A stretch of 13,129 nucleotides of DNA from Chthonomonadales bacterium (lineage in GTDB: Bacteria > Armatimonadota > Chthonomonadetes > Chthonomonadales > Chthonomonadaceae), in assembly GCA_038217285.1 (NCBI GenBank), contig JBBQPO010000175.1, forward strand, positions 1-13,129, in the 5' to 3' direction. The notes beneath the pieces are model-generated. The model was not told where the DNA came from. It ran no database searches and saw only the letters and a program-made list of their open reading frames with translations. A program made the position numbers and the translations under genes. The first letter of the stretch is position 1. Each line of letters starts with the position of its first letter. Shown here one piece after another: positions 1 to 6,060 of this stretch.

Positions 1-165
1 GCGAGAGCAGGAGCAGAACGGGTAAAATATCGGGCATGGGTTTTCGACTTTCGAGAGTTGTTGGCTTGGCGTCTACAACTTCGATCCGAAAGCCCTATTC
101 TCATTCATGGATTCGCCACCCGTTTTGGCGAAGGTATTGTACTAACCGATCCTTTTATTTTCTGA
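1..165 (+). CDS. possible 3' end of a gene entering from the left edge (ARAGAERVKYRAWVFDFRELLAWRLQLRSESPILIHGFATRFGEGIVLTDPFIF*)
   Basis: Frame +1 is open from base 1 to TGA at 163-165 with protein-like composition. No family recognised. Confidence 0.35.
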   Translation, partial: ARAGAERVKYRAWVFDFRELLAWRLQLRSESPILIHGFATRFGEGIVLTDPFIF

Positions 166-315
166 GAAATCTGCCTGTTTGCCCTACCCGAGGTTCAGGA
201 GAGTCTCCAGGCGCCTTCGACAGCGCCGTCCCATAATGGGAGTCATATCAAAACAAATGTCTATCTGAACACCGAGGAAATTGTACGATCGCTACAGGAA
301 GTCTTCTGTTAAAAC

Positions 316-422
316 GCAAATCGGCTCTGTTTCCGTATAAATTTGGAAGCAGAGCCGAGGATAACTGACCGAGTGCGTGTTCGAGAAGTGTGGATCCTCA
401 CCACCTTGAATTCGGAGGTTCG
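316..422. repeat. structured intergenic repeat, copy 1 (107 bp)
   Basis: Aligns with 3134-3239 with 6 substitutions and 1 indel. Contains hairpin 321-358 (15-bp stem, two G-T pairs, TATAAATT loop) and a longer imperfect hairpin at ~363-420. Weaker similarity extends left to ~297. Confidence 0.95.
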
Positions 423-472
423 CCGTAATCCGATGCGCCTCGGAGCGCGATCAAGAAAGGGACGCGCGCCAT

Positions 473-886
473 TCAGCAGAGCGCCGCCGCGTCCATAGGG
501 CGCGTATAAAGCTTCGTTGTATCCGTGGCTTCGCTGCGGAACAGGCCCAGAACGTACGCCCGGCAGTGCCGGAGGTTGTTCAGGATCACGCAGCGGTCCT
601 GTCGGGTTTTGGCGACCAGCAGGGTGCCCTGCACAACCCCGAGCATCAGGTCGGCGATGCTGGCCGGGTCGAAGTCGATTACAGGTGGATGCGCCTTCTT
701 GGCGTCGGCGAGCAGCGTGCGCACATCGCCGGCCCACATCGCAAAGTGCGCCTCACACAGGTCTCCCAGCCTCCGGTTCGACGCCCCCGTCTCCTGCGCG
801 ACCGTGCCGACGACGCAGCCGGAAACCGCCTCGGGATGCAGGTATGTTTCGCCCATTACTTCAAACAGCCAGTCCAGACGGTCCAA
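473..886 (-). pseudogene. 5'-truncated TetR/AcrR-family regulator (NemR/LmrA-like C-terminal ligand domain only)
   Basis: Motifs LDRLDWLF, GCVVGTVAQE and LGVVQGTLLVAK match TetR C-terminal domains. An in-frame TAA lies two codons upstream and no N-terminal HTH is present. Confidence 0.75.
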
Positions 887-887
887 T

Positions 888-1180
888 TGTTATAATGACT
901 TCTGGGCAGGGAAAGCGGAAATCTATATGCGGCATAAGAGAAGCACCAGAGAATGCGGCCAGTAGAGGACCCGGACCATGCGTTCCAACACACCGCCGAG
1001 CGCATGGCGGAAAGCGATATAGGCGCCGACACCCAGGAGATCTACAGACAGTAGGAAGCAGACTTACAGGAGGCGGTCCAGGCAGTGCGGAAGGCCAGCA
1101 AGGATATCCGGATAAGCGCTTACCGAGCGGAGGTACGGGCCGATCAGAGCGTGCAATGCATTCTCCTGGACATAGGCTGA
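888..1180 (+). pseudogene. probable decayed gene fragment of unknown function
   Basis: Frame 953-1180 reads MRPVEDPDHAFQHTAERMAESDIGADTQEIYRQ*EADLQEAVQAVRKASKDIRISAYRAEVRADQSVQCILLDIG* with one internal TAG (1052-1054). An upstream frame CYNDFWAGKAEIYMRH (888-935) may join via a frameshift. Confidence 0.4.
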
Positions 1181-1269
1181 ACGTACGCTGCGGCAAATTA
1201 TCATTGAAACCTGATGTATTTGCGCTCCGTCTTCTCTAGGTATCGGAACGATATTTGGAAGGAAGTTAT

Positions 1270-1917
1270 ATGAAATCCGCTAAGACTGGGATCGCCGTGC
1301 TGGGATTGACCTGCGCCTTGAGCACGTCTGCGCTTGCAAAGATGCCTGCTAATCTCATTGTTCCCGGCCAGCATATTGGCCGGATCCGTCTCGGCGCGGA
1401 CGCGAAAACACTGAAAAGATTGGGCGATCCGGACACGGGAGAGGCGGCGATGATGAAGCAGTGGATGACCTGGTATTCCAAACCGCCGGCGAATCAACCG
1501 GATGCCGTTCCTGCGGAACTGGATGTTTATGTTACGCTGGCCCACGACGGTGATGGTTCGGAAAAAGTGATTACCGAGGCGCGCGTCACGTCCGCGTCCT
1601 TCAAACTGGCCAACGGCATCGCGGCCGGCAGTAGCTTCACCCATATCAAGCATGCTTATCCCCATCTGAAACTGGTGCAGACCTACACGACAAAAAAATC
1701 CAACGGGCCCATTCGAATATACGATGACACACAGCGCGGCGTAGCGTTCGAGATTTATCGTGGCCGGGACGGCAAGTCTGCCGCAGGACAGTGTAGCGCA
1801 ATTATCGTGCATTCCCCCGGCAAGGTCGCGGGAGCCAATTACCTTACGCTTTCCGACTATCTGCAAGGCCAGAGCGATCCCCGCAACCACACCAGACTAC
1901 ACTTTTTGCCTGAATAG
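1270..1917 (+). CDS. secreted hypothetical protein (Sec signal peptide)
   Basis: ATG at 1270 follows a purine-rich GGAAGGAAG RBS. MKSAKTGIAVLGLTCALSTSALA is a typical signal peptide with an A-x-A cleavage site. The mature part starts with LIVPGQHIGRIRLG. Confidence 0.85.
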   Translation: MKSAKTGIAVLGLTCALSTSALAKMPANLIVPGQHIGRIRLGADAKTLKRLGDPDTGEAAMMKQWMTWYSKPPANQPDAVPAELDVYVTLAHDGDGSEKVITEARVTSASFKLANGIAAGSSFTHIKHAYPHLKLVQTYTTKKSNGPIRIYDDTQRGVAFEIYRGRDGKSAAGQCSAIIVHSPGKVAGANYLTLSDYLQGQSDPRNHTRLHFLPE

Positions 1918-1929
1918 CCTCTGTGTCTG

Positions 1930-1955
1930 CCGACGGCCTCCCGTATGGTCGTCGG
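1930..1955 (+). terminator. stem-loop downstream of the secreted-protein gene (possible terminator or stabiliser)
   Basis: CCGACGGCC-8nt-GGTCGTCGG forms a 9-bp stem with one G-T pair, ~13 nt after the stop. There is no clear U tract. Confidence 0.4.
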
Positions 1956-2008
1956 GATGCATTAAACTTTTGAACTTCATGGACACAATCGAATGTAAAC
2001 CGCGTAAT

Positions 2009-2040
2009 GCATAGTGAGACTTGTCTCATAGTGACTATGC
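2009..2040. promoter_or_regulatory. nested palindromes, operator-like
   Basis: GCATAGT...ACTATGC (2009-2040) overlaps TGAGAC-TT-GTCTCA (2015-2028) and CATAGT-G-ACTATG (2027-2039). It ends 40 nt upstream of ATG 2081. Confidence 0.35.
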
Positions 2041-2080
2041 CCGAAGGCTTTCTGAATCCTCCGTAACGGACAAAAAAATT

Positions 2081-2956
2081 ATGAACATCGGTAAACATGA
2101 AGAAAAGGCAGCCAGCTACTATCCTGTGTATCAGTCTCAGCCGCTTCAGACAGCCGAGACCGTGCCTGCGCACACAGAGGCAGCGCTGCAGGAGCGCGTA
2201 ACGCCCCAGGAGTTTGCGCAAGCCCTGGCTTCCCTGGAAGCGCGGAAGGAAAACGCCGAGCATGCTTTGCAAGAGACGGTGCCGATCGGCGAAGCGTTGC
2301 AGCAACTGAGCATCTCCGCCGACGCCGCCGAAATCCTTGCGGAGGTGCAGCAGGAGCGTCAGCGACAGGCCCGAAAGCAACAGGCGCTGAAGCGAACGCT
2401 GGTTCAGCGACGACGGCTGGGCCTAGGCCTGGGCGGCGCTCTTGTTTTATCCCTGGGCATCTTGATGATGTCTTCTTTTCGGAGCACCCCTCTGGAGGTT
2501 GCCGCGCCCGCGACCGTCGTGTCGCCACAACCTGTCTCTGCCGAGATCCGCACGCTTGCGGAAGTGTCCGAAGGACAACTGGTGCAAACCAATCCGCAGG
2601 ATTTTAAGGCGCTGCTGCAAAATCCAGCCCTATCGCCTGCCAGCGTGATCGTTCAAACGCTTGGCAACTCGCCTGTGATGGGAAGCTGGACGCTCGTGAA
2701 GCATGACGGGCATATCTACATGCGCGGCTATATGGCGGCGATGTCGGCCCAGGCAATGGCGCAGATGAAATCCCTGCAGGTTTTCAGCATGCCTTATGAT
2801 AGTTCGCAGGTAAACGGAATGGCGTATGTGAAGCCCGTAACCATGCGCCTGGGCAGTTTTTCGTGGCAGGGCATGAGCAGCGAGGCGGGAATTCCTGCCC
2901 TTACGGTGTCCAAACTCCATTTGGACCATTACGGGAACGAGCATCCGAATTTGTGA
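2081..2956 (+). CDS. single-pass membrane hypothetical protein (helical/coiled-coil N-terminus, TM, C-terminal domain)
   Basis: Long ORF; ATG 2081 preferred over TTG 2021, start uncertain. An Ala/Glu/Gln-rich helical region is followed by RRR and the hydrophobic LGLGLGGALVLSLGILMM segment. Confidence 0.85.
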   Translation: MNIGKHEEKAASYYPVYQSQPLQTAETVPAHTEAALQERVTPQEFAQALASLEARKENAEHALQETVPIGEALQQLSISADAAEILAEVQQERQRQARKQQALKRTLVQRRRLGLGLGGALVLSLGILMMSSFRSTPLEVAAPATVVSPQPVSAEIRTLAEVSEGQLVQTNPQDFKALLQNPALSPASVIVQTLGNSPVMGSWTLVKHDGHIYMRGYMAAMSAQAMAQMKSLQVFSMPYDSSQVNGMAYVKPVTMRLGSFSWQGMSSEAGIPALTVSKLHLDHYGNEHPNL

Positions 2957-3052
2957 AGTACCGGATCATTTCCTTCGCCGCTTCTTTCCCCCTTCTACAT
3001 TGGTATCCAGCCGCACCTGGATGTGACTCACGGAGATGATAATCTCCCCTCC

Positions 3053-3082
3053 TTGACGCCCCCCCGGTGCCTCATGCACACT
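3053..3082 (+). promoter_or_regulatory. possible sigma70-type promoter pointing into repeat copy 2
   Basis: TTGACG (3053-3058)-N18-CACACT (3077-3082), preceded by the palindrome GGAGAT-GATA-ATCTCC (3032-3047). The -10 match is imperfect. Confidence 0.3.
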
Positions 3083-3133
3083 ATAGGCATCACTCTTGGA
3101 CATGCATTCGCTTTTAGAAACTTTCTGTTGAAT

Positions 3134-3239
3134 GCAAATCGGCTCTGCTTCCGTATAAATCGGAAGCAGAGCCGAGGATAACTGACCGAGTGCGTGTTCA
3201 AGAAGTGTGGATCCTGACTGCCTTGAATTCGGAGGTTCG
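3134..3239. repeat. structured intergenic repeat, copy 2 (106 bp)
   Basis: Direct repeat of 316-422. Perfect 15-bp inverted repeat TCGGCTCTGCTTCCG-TATAAAT-CGGAAGCAGAGCCGA at 3139-3175, then a long imperfect hairpin at ~3180-3237. Confidence 0.95.
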
Positions 3240-3253
3240 GATCCAGACAAGAG

Positions 3254-4081
3254 CTATCCCTGCGGAATGAAGGCTGCGCCGACAGGTCGGAAGTCCGACA
3301 CGGAGAACACATTCACCTGCTTGGCCGCATCGTAGCGGATGGTCCACTGATGCGGGAAGAAACCGGGGACCGGATACAACTGAGGCTGGTCGATAACGTC
3401 GGTCTCCGTCTGGTGCGACTGGAGGAAGCTGACGTCATCTCCGACCGGGGTTCCGTTTATATGTCCCTTGTAGATCAGGAAGTTCATCCCCACGGTGATC
3501 CGCGCCGGCTGACCTGCCGGCTTGGTGGGATCGTCGTAGCTCTGTCCGAGACCCGGAACGATCGTCGGCGGAACGCCTGCCGGCGCGCCTACGGGAACCT
3601 CACGCGGGTCTGGAACCGCGAACTCATTGGCAAACGTGGGCGGATCCGGCTGCGCCGGGGGATTGATCAGCATAACGCAATGGAAATGCTGCGGTTCTCC
3701 AGTGGGCCGGAATTGATCGATCGGGTGACCTGTAAAGTAGAAGAGGGCCATGGCTTTGTAGGGCGAAGCGGAAGCCTGTGCCGGAAGCGGAATGATATAG
3801 ACGTTGGGTTTATCGTCGGAGATCGGCGTGGGCGGCTGATTGGCGATGCCGGATTGTTCGAGTTCGAACCCGAACTCGAGTGGCGTCGCGCCGTTCGTCC
3901 GGACAAAGCTGCGGCCCAGAAGGTAGGATCCATGGGGTCCGTTGGTTGCGGTCACATCCGGGCCGAAGAAGGTCTGCCCGGCAGGCGTGTTGTTGTCGTT
4001 GCCGCCGCATCCGACAAGCATAGCGCATGCGGCCAGCGCAAGAATTCCAGTCGCAAATCGCGTCACCAAGTTGATTGACAT
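3254..4081 (-). CDS. lipoprotein, DUF5602/TTHB210-like (diverged)
   Basis: AGGAG RBS and lipobox LVGC followed by GG. The order of FGPDV...RSFV, IPLP..A...PY, GHP, HFH, VPGLG and QP..Y..PGFFP..W.IRYD motifs resembles DUF5602 proteins (family call from recall). Confidence 0.75.
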   Translation of the reverse strand: MSINLVTRFATGILALAACAMLVGCGGNDNNTPAGQTFFGPDVTATNGPHGSYLLGRSFVRTNGATPLEFGFELEQSGIANQPPTPISDDKPNVYIIPLPAQASASPYKAMALFYFTGHPIDQFRPTGEPQHFHCVMLINPPAQPDPPTFANEFAVPDPREVPVGAPAGVPPTIVPGLGQSYDDPTKPAGQPARITVGMNFLIYKGHINGTPVGDDVSFLQSHQTETDVIDQPQLYPVPGFFPHQWTIRYDAAKQVNVFSVSDFRPVGAAFIPQG

Positions 4082-4100
4082 GTATTTCTCCTATAGTATG

Positions 4101-4129
4101 TAGAATGCCCGCTGAGAGCGGGCATTCTA
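4101..4129 (-). terminator. perfect stem-loop after the AGE-family gene (terminator or mRNA stabiliser)
   Basis: TAGAATGCCCGCT-GAG-AGCGGGCATTCTA is a 13-bp perfect stem 13 nt after the stop at 4143. No poly-U tail. Confidence 0.6.
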
Positions 4130-4142
4130 ACGATTGAGAGGA

Positions 4143-6029
4143 TCAAGCAGGGACCAGGCGAACCTTGACTTTCGTCTCGTTCCCCGTGTGCTTTGCCCCA
4201 TGACCCCCGGCGCGGTTTCGCGAGAGACGCTGTTGGGCGTCCGGCGTTTGCTCGGTAGGTAGTTTCACCGTAAGAGCCTTGGCGTCGAAATCCGTGTACG
4301 GTTCGCCGTTGATCCAGACCGATTCGATTTTGATGCTTCCCTCGGGAAGAAGGTCTGGAGACACGCGAAGGATATTGTCCTTGAACCCGCCCGCTTGCGG
4401 CTTGAAGTACAGATCCAACGGCTGCTTTGTCACCAACAGATTGCTGTAAACTGCGGCAAGGTAGCCGAGTTCCGTGGCATGATAGGTGCCCATCGAATGG
4501 CTGCCCTTATTCCGCTCGTTTCCAAGCAGGTAAGGCAGGCCGTTCGCCAGGACATTGAAGTACACGGCCCCGGAATCGGTGTCCAGGAACCACGCATTGT
4601 AGAAAGCGGAGGACTCCCGCGCCAGCTTGAGATATTCCGGCGTTTTAAAGATTCCACCAAGGATCAAGTAGGCAAGGATGCCCTGCTCCTGCTGCCACCA
4701 CGCCTTACGATCGTGGAACGCCAGGCGACGGGTTTCTTCTCCCGGCCCAAGATGCCGCTCGCATACGTCGTACCAACCGCCACGCTGCTTGTCCATGCCG
4801 ACTGCGGGGATCGTGTCTCCCAACTGCTTGGCAAGCTGAACATAACTGTCTTTAGGCCGAAGCGAGTTCATGCGCATCAGGTTCCAGGCAATCTTCAGGT
4901 CATGGCCGGCGACCGCGCGGTCTTGCTGCCATCCCCAGGTCTTGTCCGGGCTCCAATCGTCGAAGAATTTCTCCTGCACGAACGGGGTATCGTCCTTGGC
5001 GGGGAACTTGTCACGGATCGTATCGAAGGTCAGTTCCAGGAAGTCGGCGTACTTCTTATCGCCGGTCGCCAGATAGAGGTTAATAAGGTAAGCAGGAGCA
5101 TGGTCACCGACCGAGTTCCAGTTTTTGCGCGCCTGGTTGTGGCCCAGCGATTCCGCTTTGGGATCGAAGGTATCCGTGGTGATATGTGAATAGTAACCGC
5201 CGGTGGGAGACGTGTCCAGGTAGTACTTATTGAACAGGTTGATCGTCTTGTCCGCGTCCTCCAGAATGCCGGGGTCGCCCGTGATGCGGTACGTCTGGAT
5301 GGGGCCCGCGAGCGCATAAATCTGCTCGTAGCAAGGCATCGCGCCGTAATCGTCTCCGAACAGAGAGCCAAGGACATCCTTGTTGCCGCCCGGCTGAACG
5401 TCCAGCGCATGCAGCCAGTAGACGACTCCCTCCGATTCCTTATCACGCTTAACGATGTTGTCGCGCAGGTACTGGGTTCCTTTTTCGGCCGCTTCGAGGA
5501 ATCGATCCTCGCCCGTCAAGAGGTACGCGGTGGCGAACCCGTATACGGTGCGAGAAATGGTGTCGGTCTCCTGGATCGTGGTGCCCAGTTTAGCGCCGTC
5601 CAAAAACAGGCTCGTGCGATACTTCGAGTAGTCGATCTCTCCGCCATCGAACTGCGCCTTGATGTAGAAGTCGGCGATATGCTTTACCTGCTCGATCCAC
5701 CAGTCCTGCTTTTCAAACACAAAGTTGCCCGGCTTCGTGCCCGGGAACACCAGGTGCTTGGCTTCGAACTTATGATCGCCGCCTTCCGGGTAATAGAGGC
5801 CGTAAGCGAACACATAGTTGCCGGGCACGAGCAGTTCCTTGAGTTGCCCGCTCGCGTCCTTATACGACTCTCCGAGATTCCGCACATACTCGTAGAAAGT
5901 CGCGGACGTCAGCTTGCCGCTAAACTCTTTGTCTCCCGGAGTCTTGATGGTGAAAGTGCCTTGTTCGGCATCCGCCGCCGTAATGTATCCGGCGATCGTG
6001 TCGGAAAAGATAAAATTAATGTCATTCAT
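4143..6029 (-). CDS. AGE-family (N-acylglucosamine/cellobiose 2-epimerase-like) protein with extra N- and C-terminal domains
   Basis: 628 aa with ISRTVYGFATAY, NWNSVGDH, AGHDLKIAW, KAWWQQEQ and KGSHSMGTYH, corresponding to AGE/CE (alpha/alpha)6-barrel motifs. GGGAGG RBS upstream. Confidence 0.88.
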   Translation of the reverse strand: MNDINFIFSDTIAGYITAADAEQGTFTIKTPGDKEFSGKLTSATFYEYVRNLGESYKDASGQLKELLVPGNYVFAYGLYYPEGGDHKFEAKHLVFPGTKPGNFVFEKQDWWIEQVKHIADFYIKAQFDGGEIDYSKYRTSLFLDGAKLGTTIQETDTISRTVYGFATAYLLTGEDRFLEAAEKGTQYLRDNIVKRDKESEGVVYWLHALDVQPGGNKDVLGSLFGDDYGAMPCYEQIYALAGPIQTYRITGDPGILEDADKTINLFNKYYLDTSPTGGYYSHITTDTFDPKAESLGHNQARKNWNSVGDHAPAYLINLYLATGDKKYADFLELTFDTIRDKFPAKDDTPFVQEKFFDDWSPDKTWGWQQDRAVAGHDLKIAWNLMRMNSLRPKDSYVQLAKQLGDTIPAVGMDKQRGGWYDVCERHLGPGEETRRLAFHDRKAWWQQEQGILAYLILGGIFKTPEYLKLARESSAFYNAWFLDTDSGAVYFNVLANGLPYLLGNERNKGSHSMGTYHATELGYLAAVYSNLLVTKQPLDLYFKPQAGGFKDNILRVSPDLLPEGSIKIESVWINGEPYTDFDAKALTVKLPTEQTPDAQQRLSRNRAGGHGAKHTGNETKVKVRLVPA

Positions 6030-6060
6030 GCGTCCACGCCCCTCCCTTATTTGAACTTCG

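Noticed and set aside
160-230. TPP-, glycine- or c-di-GMP-riboswitch-like words (CTGAGAAAT, GGAGAG, GGGCAAAC)
   Set aside because: Isolated words without the other conserved elements or supporting stems.
1-312. Frame +1 open to 312 except for TGA at 163-165 (possible readthrough or selenocysteine)
   Set aside because: The downstream peptide has no recognisable motif and no convincing SECIS hairpin follows the TGA. Probably chance.
360-422. AAC...GTT-bounded imperfect hairpin resembling an integron attC site
   Set aside because: Ends do not fit RYYYAAC/GTTRRRY on either strand, L-box spacing is wrong, there are only two copies with mixed gene orientation between them, and no intI is present.
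359-422. Hammerhead (CUGAccGAG), twister or 6S RNA resemblance in the repeat
   Set aside because: Only short partial motif matches. Core spacing and remaining conserved elements are missing, so a covariance-model search would be needed.
309-1239. Overlapping ORFs 309-737, 517-1239, 525-965, 566-895, 861-1196 (also 2966-3250 and 3028-3312)
   Set aside because: Low-complexity Arg/Pro/Gly/Ser translations overlapping the TetR remnant or the repeat. The shared FIRKQSRFAF peptide only reflects the DNA repeat.
316-3239. CRISPR array or tRNA-derived att sites
   Set aside because: Only two long copies 2.8 kb apart with no spacer periodicity or cas genes. No cloverleaf or CCA end could be built.
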